The notes: a model not told the origin generated them from the letters alone. DNA of 64,000 nt from Candidatus Woesearchaeota archaeon (GCA_018303115.1 JAGVYT010000001.1:10279-74278), one strand, 5' to 3'. Positions 45,208-54,863 are shown, counted from the stretch's first letter. Translations and numbers: made by a program.

Positions 45208-45959
45208 ACGAGCGCAGAATCAACAAGCACAAATACGCAGCAGTGTTTGCCATAACAACGCTGATTTTCATCCTTGGAATTGCTGCCGGGAATTACTACA
45301 GCGGCAAAAAGCTTTCAGAGCTCTCCGAGCTTTCACAGGCCATCCAGTTGGACACGCTTGGAGCAGAGCTGCAGTTCCTGCTAATAGCCTATGAGCCATG
45401 CAGACTGTTTAACGTAACTACGCTTGGCAACGAACTTTATTCAATAGGAAGCAAGGTTGACTTCATGGAAAGTGAGCTTGGCAGCGACAACAAGGAATTG
45501 CTTGGCCTGAAGGCATACTACAACCTGCTTGAGCTGAGGCACTGGCTCCTGCTTAAGCAGGCAGGCGGGCAGTGCAACCAGAAGTTTGACCGCATCCTTT
45601 ACTTCTACTCAAACAAGGGGGACTGCGACAGGTGCGAAGACGAGGGAGGCGTGCTTACTTACCTGCGCCGCAAGCACCCAACGCTCAGCATATACTCTTT
45701 TGACATCAACATAGACAACCCAGCCCTGCTCACAATAAAGCAGCTTTACAACGTAGGCGGAGAGCTGCCAGTGCTTGTCATAAACGATAAGACCTACAAC
45801 GGGTTCATGGACAGCAAAGAAATTGAGGAAGGGCTCTCAATTAGCACGCTGCAGCAGCGGGCCGTGCCGGAAGGAATCACTTCCCCCAGCTTCCAACAAA
45901 AACAAGCGCAATCATTTTCTCTTCTCCCATTGAGAACTGCATTTTTGAGGAAAGCTTAA
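45204..45959 (+). CDS. membrane-anchored thioredoxin-like (CxxC) protein, translationally coupled to the GT2 synthase
   Basis: ATGA overlap with the synthase. N-terminal TM helix. YFYSNKGDCDRCEDEGG (CxxC) in a Trx-fold-like context. 3' end overlaps convergent Trm14 gene by ~80 nt, so the exact end is uncertain. Confidence 0.4.
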   Translation: MNERRINKHKYAAVFAITTLIFILGIAAGNYYSGKKLSELSELSQAIQLDTLGAELQFLLIAYEPCRLFNVTTLGNELYSIGSKVDFMESELGSDNKELLGLKAYYNLLELRHWLLLKQAGGQCNQKFDRILYFYSNKGDCDRCEDEGGVLTYLRRKHPTLSIYSFDINIDNPALLTIKQLYNVGGELPVLVINDKTYNGFMDSKEIEEGLSISTLQQRAVPEGITSPSFQQKQAQSFSLLPLRTAFLRKA

Positions 45960-47031
45960 AATCATGCTTGGCGGCAGCCTCGGTTAATGCATCTGCATCA
46001 TGAGCAGCCACTACTATTCTGCCTTTCTTTGACAAGATAAGGCTTGCCTGATAGAAAAATTCCGGATAAAGCCGTTTTATTTTCGATGCGTCAGTGCTTT
46101 TTGACAACAAAGGCGGATAGGAAACAATATCGTCAACAGTGCCGTGTTCAAACTTCAGCTCAAGCCACTCCAGGTCAACCCTTGCAAAATTTATCACCTT
46201 GTTTATGCCGGCTATCTTGGCGTTTTTTTCTGATGAACGCACATTGGCGATGGAGGGGCTGTAGTTGAAAATCTTCAGCTTTTCAGTTTCAATTTTTTTA
46301 TCAACTGCTGCAAAAAAACTTTTGAAATTTATTGGCGAAAAAGGCTTTAGATTCAGGAACGAAAAGGAGTCTTTGCGATAGTAGTTTACAGGAAATCCTG
46401 AGCCAAACAAGGCTGCCTCAATCGCTATCGCTCCAGAACGGCAAAAAGGGTCCAAAAGGGCTGTGCTGCGCTTGAAGCCAGCCATCCTAAGCATGGCGTA
46501 AGCCACCGTGGCTTTCAAGTCAGATGAATGGCCGAAAATCCTGTAATCGCGCTTGCTTAAATCAAATCCTGCAACATCAATACCAAAAAAGCCCTTGTTG
46601 TCATTTATGCAGCAGAAAAATCGCAGCGATGGCGATTTGAAGTTAACATTGTCATTGCCGCTGATTTCAGAAATCAGGTTATTCGCAGCAATAGAAAAAT
46701 CGTGACTGTTAAAATCATGCTTTCCACGGCGCTCGCACTCAACAACAAAATCCTTTTCAGCCCAATCGCTGATTTTGAAATTCCGTAGTTTTAGTTTTAG
46801 ATTTTTAATAGCGGCAACAAGAGACGTTGCTGCTTCAAATTCACAAATTGAATAACAAAGCCTTGACAGTGACTGTGAACGGTAAGCCAACACACAGAAG
46901 TCCTTGAAATCCTTAATATCAAAAGTTACTACGCTGCTACTGCCACGAATATTTGCAGCAATAACGAGTTCTTTAATTTCAGCAGCGGCTATATCCTCAA
47001 TACCCGCGTTAGTAAGTGCAAATGCGTTCAT
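45877..47031 (-). CDS. THUMP-domain tRNA (guanine-N2) methyltransferase-like (Trm14/TrmN family)
   Basis: N-terminal ferredoxin-like/THUMP region, then class I MTase core (LLDPFCRSGAIAIEAA, ..SYPP.. DPPY-type motif). Confidence 0.55.
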   Translation of the reverse strand: MNAFALTNAGIEDIAAAEIKELVIAANIRGSSSVVTFDIKDFKDFCVLAYRSQSLSRLCYSICEFEAATSLVAAIKNLKLKLRNFKISDWAEKDFVVECERRGKHDFNSHDFSIAANNLISEISGNDNVNFKSPSLRFFCCINDNKGFFGIDVAGFDLSKRDYRIFGHSSDLKATVAYAMLRMAGFKRSTALLDPFCRSGAIAIEAALFGSGFPVNYYRKDSFSFLNLKPFSPINFKSFFAAVDKKIETEKLKIFNYSPSIANVRSSEKNAKIAGINKVINFARVDLEWLELKFEHGTVDDIVSYPPLLSKSTDASKIKRLYPEFFYQASLILSKKGRIVVAAHDADALTEAAAKHDFKLSSKMQFSMGEEKMIALVFVGSWGK

Positions 47032-47066
47032 AAAAAACGGAAAATAAGTTTAGTTTAAAAGGTTAA

Positions 47067-47588
47067 TCATGCGGATTTAACAGCAAGGCATGCATACGAG
47101 TAATCGGTAAGCCTTTCAATTTTACCTTTGAAACCTGTTTTTCCTAACAGGGCTTCAAGTTTTTGCGGAGAGCTCCTGCCGCACTTCACATCAACGCCTT
47201 CATCGCTGCGTACATGAACATAATCATCAGTTGTTTCAACAACATGGGGAAAACCCACACTAGCGCAGTGCTCTAATTGAACATCAAGGGCATTCTCAGA
47301 CCACGTAGTAACAATAAGCCTTCCATCAGGAACTAATAATTGGTTTACACTCCCTAGAACCTCTAATTGCGACTCCCCAGATGGTTCATTTAAGGAGTTA
47401 ATGGTGTTATAGGAAATAATCACTAAATCATACCAATTATAAGGCAAAGGAGGCCTACGAGCATCGCCAAGGACTAAAGCAGTTTTGTCTCTATATTTAG
47501 CAGTGTTTCTGGCTGCTTCCTCAAATTGTACACGGCTGTAATCTAAACCAGTGAAATGAGCTGCATGCGCAGCTAAAACCTTCAGCAA
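47067..47588 (-). pseudogene. class I methyltransferase fragment lacking SAM-binding motif I (5'-truncated or unconventional TTG start)
   Basis: Begins (TTG) at ...LKVLAAHAAHFTGLDYS, which is the post-motif-I region. An in-frame stop lies immediately upstream. Motifs II/III present (LVLGD, LLVPDGRLIV). Confidence 0.4.
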
Positions 47589-47629
47589 AAGTCATCAGCT
47601 ATCACTTAAAGAGATTAAAAAAAGAAAGG

Positions 47630-47941
47630 GTGATTCTGGGTTACCGTCCAAGGATTAACAACGAGCTGCTGGGTTTTAGTTCTTACAAAGTTTTTTTCTA
47701 TCTTAAAAATGTTTCAAAAGAAAGCTTTGTAAAGTTTAAAAATTATTTGAAGTCGCTGCCTGAAACAATATACATACTAGAGGAAGTCGGCATTACAGAT
47801 GTTGACATAGAGCTTATGCTGCCTACCGGAGAAAGTGTTTTTCAGTTTGTAGATAAAATTCGCTTTGATTTCCCAACGCTAATAAGGGATTACGAAGCAT
47901 TCTCGATAAAAAACTTAAAAGTAGAACTCCTGCCGTTTTAA
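47630..47941 (+). CDS. stand-alone Lrp/AsnC C-terminal (RAM) ligand-binding domain protein
   Basis: 103 aa matching the regulatory beta-alpha-beta-beta-alpha-beta part of Lrp/AsnC without the HTH. Confidence 0.45.
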   Translation: MILGYRPRINNELLGFSSYKVFFYLKNVSKESFVKFKNYLKSLPETIYILEEVGITDVDIELMLPTGESVFQFVDKIRFDFPTLIRDYEAFSIKNLKVELLPF

Positions 47942-48027
47942 GAAGCGGTATCACTTACTCTTTCGTCATCCCGCAACACAGAGCCAACCGCAAACTTTAA
48001 ATATCAGTTGATAACTATAGTTATCAA

Positions 48028-48555
48028 ATGATAACTGAAGATAACAATTTAAGGGCGGTAAGGCTTTTTTTTGAAAGCCCTGAAAAGAAGTTCCACATAA
48101 GGCAGATAGCCAGGCTCACGGGCATGTCCAGCACAGGCGTAATTAAAATAGTAAAGAGGCTAAAAAAATGCGGTTTGTTGAAATCAAAGAAGGAACGGAT
48201 GGTTGAAGAGGTTGAAGCAGACTTTGAAGGAAGGTTTCTGCAGCTGAAAAGGGCTTACAACCTTCTTTCTGTTTACGATTGCGGCTTAGTGAAGATGCTG
48301 AGGGATTTCTATGAAGAACCGCAGTCAATCGTGCTTTTCGGCAGCTATGGGGAAGGGACAGACACCTCAAAAAGCGATATAGATATAGCGGTTGTAACAA
48401 AAAAAAATGAACTTCCAAACGTGGATAAATTTGAAAAAAAACTCCGCAGAAAGATAAAGCTCATGGCCGTATCTCTGGAAAAGTCCACGCCGGAATTTAA
48501 AAATTCTCTCAGCAACGGGATTGTCCTGAGCGGATATTTGGAAGCGATAAAATGA
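48028..48555 (+). CDS. wHTH + minimal nucleotidyltransferase (MNT) protein, antitoxin-like
   Basis: N-terminal HTH (IARLTGMSSTGVIKIVKRL), then LFGSYGEGTDTSKSDIDIAV (GS...DxD of minimal nucleotidyltransferases). Confidence 0.65.
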   Translation: MITEDNNLRAVRLFFESPEKKFHIRQIARLTGMSSTGVIKIVKRLKKCGLLKSKKERMVEEVEADFEGRFLQLKRAYNLLSVYDCGLVKMLRDFYEEPQSIVLFGSYGEGTDTSKSDIDIAVVTKKNELPNVDKFEKKLRRKIKLMAVSLEKSTPEFKNSLSNGIVLSGYLEAIK

Positions 48556-48998
48556 CGCGCGAGTTTGAGTATTATCTGGAAAAGAACTTGGCAAAGAGGT
48601 CTGTTATAAATCGGTCTTTAGCAAAATCGCTTATGGAAAAAGCAGAACTCAGGCTCAAGCTATTGAACGAGGACAAGATAACAGATGAGATGGCTTCAAT
48701 AATGTTTGAGGAAGCGTATGAAGCTGTAAGGGAAGCCTCACAGTCACTAATGCAGGTTAAAGGATTTAAGCCATATTCGCATGATGCATTGATAGCGTTT
48801 TTAATAAAAGAAAAACTGATGCCCGAGCAGTTTATAAAATCATTTGACAGGTATAGGATATTAAGAAACAAATCGGTTTACGAAGCACAAAGGGTATCAA
48901 TAGAAACTTGTAAAGAAGCGCTTCAATTTGCAAAAAGGCGTATTCCTGAAGTTAAAAACAAGCTTTTTTCGCTATTAAACTCCAATATTATGCAGTAG
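48552..48998 (+). CDS. HEPN-domain protein, partner of the MNT gene
   Basis: ATGA overlap with the MNT gene. Helical 148-aa protein with R-x(4-6)-[HY]-like RNKSVYE segment. Confidence 0.5.
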   Translation: MTREFEYYLEKNLAKRSVINRSLAKSLMEKAELRLKLLNEDKITDEMASIMFEEAYEAVREASQSLMQVKGFKPYSHDALIAFLIKEKLMPEQFIKSFDRYRILRNKSVYEAQRVSIETCKEALQFAKRRIPEVKNKLFSLLNSNIMQ

Positions 48999-51435
48999 AA
49001 TCAGTGTTGTTGTTCTCCTTCGCTATCTTCGCAACCGCAACAACCTCATCATTTTCTCCAAGGCGCATTATCCTTGCTCCCTGGGTGTTCCTTCCGATAA
49101 CTGAAATGTCCTTGGAGGGAACTCTAATCATGATGCCGTGCCTGCTCATGAACATAATCCCGTCATCATCAGAAACAGAAGCGATGCCAACCACCTTGCC
49201 GTTTCTCTCAGAAGTTTGTATGTTTATTACGCCATAGCCGCCACGGTTAATCAAGCGGTAGTCAGATACCGGAGTTCGCTTGCCATATCCCATTCTGCAG
49301 ACTGTAAGAAGGCTTTTTTGCTCTTCTGCAACAACCATGCCGATTACAGCATCCCCTCTCAGCTTAATGCCTCTAACCCCCTTTGAAGAACGGCCTGTAA
49401 TCCGGATGTCCGATTCCTTAAACCTCACTGCATAACCGTTCTGAGTTGCAAGAATAATCTGCTTTGTGCCGTCAGTCAGCTTAACGCTAACCAATTCATC
49501 ACCCTCGTCAAGCGTGATTGCAATTATACCACCTTTTCTTGGGTTTGAGTAAGCGTCCAGCCTTGTCTTCTTTATAGTGCCGTTCTTTGTTGCCATGACA
49601 ACATAGCCCTTGAAGTCTGCTACAGGAACAAATGCCGTAACCTGCTCGCCCTCACTAAGGTTGAGAAGGTTCACGATAGCCTTGCCTCTAGCATTGCGCC
49701 CTGCGTCAGGAATCTCATAAACCTTCAGCCAGTGCACCACACCGTGGTTTGTGAAGAAAAGAATGAAGGAATGCGTGTTTGCAACAAAAAGGTGCTCTAC
49801 AAAATCGTCCTCCCTAGTTGAAGCAGCAATAACCCCCTTTCCGCCGCGGTGCTGCTGCCTGTATTCAGTTAGCAAAGTGCGCTTGGCGTAGCCGGAATGG
49901 CTGACTGTTATGGCAACCTCCTCAGGCTTTATAAGGTCCTCATGCACGAAATCATCCTCCTTAACATCCTCTATCTGAGTCCTTCTTCCATCGCCATACT
50001 TATCCTTAATCTCCCTTAGCTCTGATTTTATTATGTCCAGTATCTTCTGGGGCGAGCCAAGAATGTCCCTGAGCTCTGCTATTTGGGATTTAAGCTGCGA
50101 GTCCTCATCGCGCAAAGCCAGCTGCTCAAGTGAGGAAAGCTTCTGCAGCCTCATCTCAAGAACTGCAACAGACTGCTTCTCGCTAAGAGTGAATTTTTGC
50201 ATCAGCGAAGTTTTGGCAGCAGCAGCATCCCTGGATTCTTTTATTGCCTTTACAACAGCGTCTATGTTCTTCAACGCAGCAACAAGGCCCTCAACTATGT
50301 GGAGCCTTTCCAAAGCACGGTTAAGCTCAAACTCGCATCTTTTTGTAACAACGCTTTTTCGGTGCCCTATAAACCCCAAGAGAAGCCTGTCCAGGCTTAC
50401 GGTCATTGGCATTCCGTCGACCAGACAAATCAGCGCAACAGAGATTGTTAATTCGAGCCGGGAATGGCTGAAGAGCTGATTCAAAACAACAGCTGAATTG
50501 GAGTTTTTCTTCAGCTCTATAACTATGCGCATGCCCTCCCTGTCGCTCTCATCCCTTATGTCTGAAATATCGCGCACTGTCCTATTCTTGACAAGCTCTG
50601 CAATCTCCTCAAGAAGAAGGGACTTGTTAACCTGGTAGGGAATCTCTGAAACTATTATGCACTCATGGTCCTTTTTCACCTCTACGAAAGTGCGCCCCCT
50701 TACCTTTAGCAGGCCCCTGCCTGTGCTGTATGCAGCCATTATTCCGGACCTGCCCCTGATTACGCCTCCTGTAGGAAAATCAGGGCCTGGCATAACATTC
50801 ATAAGCTCGTTAATCGGGGCATCAGGCCTGTCAATCTTCATAATCACAGCATCAGTAGCTTCAGAAAGGTTGTGCGGCGGTATGTTTGTAGCCATGCCAA
50901 CAGCTATGCCAGAGCTGCCGTTAACTAACAGGTTTGGGAACTTTGAGGGCAGGACAACCGGCTCTGTAACTGAGTTGTCAAAGTTAGGAACAAAGTCTAC
51001 TGTCTTTTTGTCAATATCCAAAAGAAGCTCTTCTGAAAGCGCTCTAAGGCGGGCTTCTGTATAGCGAAACGCAGCTGCCCTATCCCCATCAATAGAACCC
51101 CAATTGCCCTGCCCGTCAACCAAAGGGTATCTCAAAGAGAAGTCCTGCGCCATCCTCACAAGCGCATCGTAAATGGCAGCATCCCCGTGCGGATGATAGC
51201 GAGCCATGGCGTTGCCAATAATAGTAGCGGACTTGCGGAACGCTTTGCTATGCAGCAATCCAAGCCTGTACATGGTATACAAAACGCGCCTTTGGACAGG
51301 CTTCAGGCCATCCCTTATGTCAGGCAAGGCTCTGGAAACCAGCACAGACATAGCGTAATCTAGGTAAGAAACCTTCATCTCGTCTTCAATTTCACGATGC
51401 AAAACCCTCTGGTTCTGTTCTGTTTGAGGCGCCAT
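48988..51435 (-). CDS. gyrA: DNA gyrase subunit A
   Basis: [34 protein letters not shown], active-site AAFRYTE, six C-terminal beta-pinwheel repeats. Start at MAPQTEQN. Confidence 0.9.
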   Translation of the reverse strand: MAPQTEQNQRVLHREIEDEMKVSYLDYAMSVLVSRALPDIRDGLKPVQRRVLYTMYRLGLLHSKAFRKSATIIGNAMARYHPHGDAAIYDALVRMAQDFSLRYPLVDGQGNWGSIDGDRAAAFRYTEARLRALSEELLLDIDKKTVDFVPNFDNSVTEPVVLPSKFPNLLVNGSSGIAVGMATNIPPHNLSEATDAVIMKIDRPDAPINELMNVMPGPDFPTGGVIRGRSGIMAAYSTGRGLLKVRGRTFVEVKKDHECIIVSEIPYQVNKSLLLEEIAELVKNRTVRDISDIRDESDREGMRIVIELKKNSNSAVVLNQLFSHSRLELTISVALICLVDGMPMTVSLDRLLLGFIGHRKSVVTKRCEFELNRALERLHIVEGLVAALKNIDAVVKAIKESRDAAAAKTSLMQKFTLSEKQSVAVLEMRLQKLSSLEQLALRDEDSQLKSQIAELRDILGSPQKILDIIKSELREIKDKYGDGRRTQIEDVKEDDFVHEDLIKPEEVAITVSHSGYAKRTLLTEYRQQHRGGKGVIAASTREDDFVEHLFVANTHSFILFFTNHGVVHWLKVYEIPDAGRNARGKAIVNLLNLSEGEQVTAFVPVADFKGYVVMATKNGTIKKTRLDAYSNPRKGGIIAITLDEGDELVSVKLTDGTKQIILATQNGYAVRFKESDIRITGRSSKGVRGIKLRGDAVIGMVVAEEQKSLLTVCRMGYGKRTPVSDYRLINRGGYGVINIQTSERNGKVVGIASVSDDDGIMFMSRHGIMIRVPSKDISVIGRNTQGARIMRLGENDEVVAVAKIAKENNNTDSTA

Positions 51436-51571
51436 TTTTAAGCCAAAAATTAGGTGGAAAAACAGCCGTTTTCCCGACGACAAACATAAAGGAAGGGGTG
51501 TTTAAAAAGGTTTGGGTAATTTAAGCAGTTTTGCGTTCATTTTCAGCAACGACCGCGGCAATGGCAGAAAA

Positions 51572-51718
51572 TCACTCAAAAATCTCACGTAAAACAGACT
51601 TCCTTACATCCATGCTGAAATTGCAGTAAACACAGGCCTTGCGCTTGCCGATAACGCTTGAGTTAGTCTGGTATTTCATCCGGTTGCCGCATCGCTGGCA
51701 CTTAAGGAGGAACATCAT
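51572..51718 (-). CDS. 48-aa zinc-ribbon small protein (unannotated in ORF track)
   Basis: MMFLLKCQRCGNRMKYQTNSSVIGKRKACVYCNFSMDVRKSVLREIFE has two CxxC pairs ~18 aa apart. Below the 60-aa ORF cutoff. Confidence 0.4.
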   Translation of the reverse strand: MMFLLKCQRCGNRMKYQTNSSVIGKRKACVYCNFSMDVRKSVLREIFE

Positions 51719-51788
51719 GGAAAGAACACTGGGCGCATGGGTTTTTAATTTTAATTAAAAACTGGCATGCAGATATCCTGGGCTTGCT

Positions 51789-51830
51789 CAAATTTCTCCA
51801 CCCTTGCCTTGGCGTTGGTGGAGAAATTTG
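51789..51830 (+). repeat. hairpin family member f (14-bp perfect stem CAAATTTCTCCACC/GGTGGAGAAATTTG, loop CTTGCCTTGGCGTT)
   Basis: Read directly, in the 500-bp divergent region between gyrA and the gene at 51989. Confidence 0.7.
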
Positions 51831-51988
51831 GTATTGGACAATGGGCAGGATACAGGAATAGCCAAACAGCAAAGGGTTACTAAGCCTAAAAAACACAGGC
51901 ACAGAAGGCAGGCTTCTGCATTAAGCAATAGTGGTATATATTCTATATACAACAGGTTTAAATAGCAGGGTTTACAGTTTCTACTCTC

Positions 51989-52333
51989 ATGGGACAACAA
52001 ACATACCAGTATGGTGTATTAATGCGGACTTATGGCGATGCAAAAAAGGCTTCTGCTGAAGGAAATACCAGAATTGCTGAGCTTTTATACCCGGAAACAC
52101 TTAGAATGGCTCAAGAGAGACTGAAGTTTCTTGGAAGGGAAAGGGCTCCCCACCTGGTTCAAGAAAGAAAAGACCTTGGGCTGTTAATTGAAGCCCTGGG
52201 AAGAAGGTATGAAGAGGGATATAGGTTACCGGATTTAACCGAGGAGTCTAGAGAAGACTCCCCCCTAGACGCGCTTACAAGAAAGGAAATAAAACACTTA
52301 GTTGCAATGTCAACCTTTCCTAAGGAGATGTAG
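51989..52333 (+). CDS. hypothetical protein
   Basis: 114-aa ORF with TTTAAATA box at 51957-51964, 24 nt upstream. Confidence 0.4.
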   Translation: MGQQTYQYGVLMRTYGDAKKASAEGNTRIAELLYPETLRMAQERLKFLGRERAPHLVQERKDLGLLIEALGRRYEEGYRLPDLTEESREDSPLDALTRKEIKHLVAMSTFPKEM

Positions 52334-52955
52334 TCCTATCGCTGCCCTGCGCTTTCCCTGAATAATTTCTTTCTTCAGAATCCCGGCTTTCGCCCTCTGG
52401 AGAAACTTGCTGAACGTTTTCAGAAGAAGCTGCTTGGGGCTCCCCTTTTGCCTCTTCCACCCTGAACTTTTCCTTAACCTCCTCAGCGTTTCTCAGGTCA
52501 AAGTAGTTGAAGAAGCGCTCAGTCAGCCTGAGCAGCTTGGTTCTGCCGTGCTTTTCCCTTGAGATGAAACCAGAACTTTCCAATTCGCGAAGGTGGTCGT
52601 AAGCCTTGTTTGTCCTTACTTTAATAATGCCGGACTGCAAAACAGGCGCCTTCCATGCTATAACTGCAAGCGTTTCCATCATTGTTTTCGTAAGCTCTGT
52701 CTCTGCCACTATTTTCCTAACTACGCTTGAGTATTGCTCTCTTACAGTGAGCTTCCAGCCATCGCCCTCGTCAATAAGCAGCAGTGAGGAATTTTTAGAG
52801 TCGTAATCATTTTTTAATTCTTGCAGTTGCTGTATGATAGTAACGGCAGTAGTGCGACATAGCCTTGCTATTTCCTCTACGCTCATCTTTTTGCCTGAGG
52901 AGAACAACACGGCCTCAACCTTGTTTTTCAGCTCTTCCATTTTGGATTCGTGCAT
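52320..52955 (-). CDS. scpB: segregation and condensation protein B
   Basis: Two winged-helix repeats (EAVLFSSGKKMSVEEIARL..., ETLAVIAWKAPVLQSGIIKVRTNKAYDHLRELESSGFI). Start at MHESKMEE. Confidence 0.7.
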   Translation of the reverse strand: MHESKMEELKNKVEAVLFSSGKKMSVEEIARLCRTTAVTIIQQLQELKNDYDSKNSSLLLIDEGDGWKLTVREQYSSVVRKIVAETELTKTMMETLAVIAWKAPVLQSGIIKVRTNKAYDHLRELESSGFISREKHGRTKLLRLTERFFNYFDLRNAEEVKEKFRVEEAKGEPQAASSENVQQVSPEGESRDSEERNYSGKAQGSDRTTSP

Positions 52956-52965
52956 TTTCGTTCTG

Positions 52966-53364
52966 TTAATGGCGTTTAGTTTTAATTTTTTGCTTATCAG
53001 AACGATTAACTCTGGAGCGCTTTGCATCCTTTAGAATTTTTCTTAGTTTCTGCTTAAGCCCCGGCAAGTCTTTCTTGATAACATCCCAAGTCAAATCAAG
53101 GTCTATCCCAAAATACATGTGGATTAATATATCCCTAAAACCTGCAATTTGGCGCCAGCTTATTTCTGGATACTTATCCCGAAAATTTTTGGGAATGTTT
53201 TTAGCCGCCTCTCCAATAATTTCCAAATTTCTAATAACAGCATCCTGAATTATTTTTGATTTAAGAAACCCCTGCCTCGAAATTCCCTCAGTATATTTTT
53301 CTGCTTTCTGAATGCTGTCCAAAATGTGCCCTACGAAAACAGCAGGGTCTTTAGGAAGATTCAT
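52966..53364 (-). CDS. hepT: HEPN/DUF86 toxin (HepT-like)
   Basis: RQIAGFRDILIHMYFGIDLD contains R-x4-H. 4-nt overlap with upstream MNT gene. Confidence 0.7.
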   Translation of the reverse strand: MNLPKDPAVFVGHILDSIQKAEKYTEGISRQGFLKSKIIQDAVIRNLEIIGEAAKNIPKNFRDKYPEISWRQIAGFRDILIHMYFGIDLDLTWDVIKKDLPGLKQKLRKILKDAKRSRVNRSDKQKIKTKRH

Positions 53365-53654
53365 AATAGCCTAACCTCTTCCTTAAGCACCCTTTTTCTA
53401 AGCAGCGGATGGACGGACTTATAGGTTAAAACGTCAACTTCCCTCCTTAAACTGTCCTCCAGCTCCTGCTTCAGTCTTATAAGGTCCAGCAAAGTCTTTC
53501 TTCCCTTAAACCTGATTAAAACATCAACATCACTGCCTTTTTTAGCAGAGCCTCTCGCGTGAGAGCCGAACAATCCCGCTTTTGCCACTTCATGCCTGTT
53601 TAACACCGAAATGATAGCACTCTTCAAGTCGGATTTTTTAATCTGCTTTCCCAT
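53361..53654 (-). CDS. mntA: minimal nucleotidyltransferase antitoxin (MntA-like)
   Basis: GLFGSHARGSAKKGSDVDVLI (GS-x9-DxD). Confidence 0.7.
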   Translation of the reverse strand: MGKQIKKSDLKSAIISVLNRHEVAKAGLFGSHARGSAKKGSDVDVLIRFKGRKTLLDLIRLKQELEDSLRREVDVLTYKSVHPLLRKRVLKEEVRLL

Positions 53655-53816
53655 TCAAATCACCTGCCAACAATAATGCAACAGCCTATTTAAAAGTTTG
53701 CCTGAAAATTTTAGAGCAACGCAGGACAGCAACAGTTTTCTAACTACTAGCAAGTACTAAAACAAAAAGTTTATAAATGCCTTCTTTTTTCTTTTACAAA
53801 CAGGTACGGCTACAAA

Positions 53817-54707
53817 ATGGCAACAATACTTGACAATCCCAGAACAAAAGCAGGGCTTAACGACCCGTCAACCTCCTATTATGAAGGGTTTCTGGGAAGC
53901 CACAATTGGCAGATGCCCTTGCTTATCGATGCAGGCATGACACCGATTTCTTTCAAAGGCGTGTGGCAAAGGCGCTTGGAGGTTATCAGAAGGCTTAAGG
54001 AAGCCTTGGAAATGCATGAGCCAGAAGAACGAATAAAGGCGTGGGAAAGCCTGCAAACTGAATGGGTTGACACACACATTGGTTCTGGAGATGGCGCTGT
54101 AAGGCACAGCAGCGGCAGCGCAAAGATAGCGCCTGATGCGAATTACTTGAGACTTCTTACGCCTGAAACTCCGCTTAGAAACGGCAGTGTGCGATTAAGT
54201 GGCGGGGACTTCATAAGGTTGTATGGAGAACACTTCACCCCAGGACAAGTTGAAAGATACTTTGAGAAGTCATTAACAAGAGAAGAAGTCAAAGAAAGCC
54301 CGGTATGGCGCGCCTTAATGAGGGGAGACCAAGCACTGCTTAACCACGTTGCTGACACTGCTTTCGCACAAGCCGAAGAAAGGTTCCCGTACAGACCTAG
54401 ATATGACAGAGATGAAGGCAAGATGATGAGAGTTTACATTCAGAATGCTCCAAGCGAAGGCGCAGCCGGGCGCCTGTGGACTGCGAGCAGTCTTGTCAAC
54501 AACGCCTACGCCGGTAGCAGACGCTTAGACGATGTTGGGTGGTTGGTCGCGGTAGCGTCTGCGCCGAAGGCGCGTGTCGAAACAGGGGTTACGCTTGAGC
54601 AAAGAGTGAAGGCAGTTCTTGCAGCAACCAAGGGGCAAATTGGAATAGAAAACCTAGCCGGATACGAAATGCAAGTGCGTGACGCCCTACGGATTCTTGA
54701 GCAGTAA
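53817..54707 (+). CDS. hypothetical protein (compositionally GC-richer than surroundings)
   Basis: 296-aa ORF, Arg/Ala/Gly-rich, no motif recognised. Confidence 0.4.
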   Translation: MATILDNPRTKAGLNDPSTSYYEGFLGSHNWQMPLLIDAGMTPISFKGVWQRRLEVIRRLKEALEMHEPEERIKAWESLQTEWVDTHIGSGDGAVRHSSGSAKIAPDANYLRLLTPETPLRNGSVRLSGGDFIRLYGEHFTPGQVERYFEKSLTREEVKESPVWRALMRGDQALLNHVADTAFAQAEERFPYRPRYDRDEGKMMRVYIQNAPSEGAAGRLWTASSLVNNAYAGSRRLDDVGWLVAVASAPKARVETGVTLEQRVKAVLAATKGQIGIENLAGYEMQVRDALRILEQ

Positions 54708-54863
54708 AACAAAGGATTGGAATACATTTTTATAACTCGGATTTCTTCCAGTTTAAGTCCCAGCGTGCAACCGAGCAATGAGTTGTTTAGCTTGGACCTA
54801 CACGCCTCCATGCCAGGGCAGCTTTGCCTGCCATGAAATACAGCCGCGACAGAAATTAAGCGG

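Noticed and set aside
51700-51760. Strong Shine-Dalgarno-like AAGGAGGA followed 7 nt later by ATG on the + strand
   Set aside because: The downstream frame is only 13 codons (MERTLGAWVFNFN). The same bases are the reverse complement of the start of the minus-strand zinc-ribbon ORF. Most genes here lack an SD, so it is probably coincidental.
54708-54863. Possible tRNA in the gap between convergent genes
   Set aside because: No T-arm (GGTTCRAATCC or its complement) or acceptor-stem pairing found by eye. There is only a short GGCAG/CTGCC hairpin, probably a terminator. No tRNA could be supported anywhere in the window.
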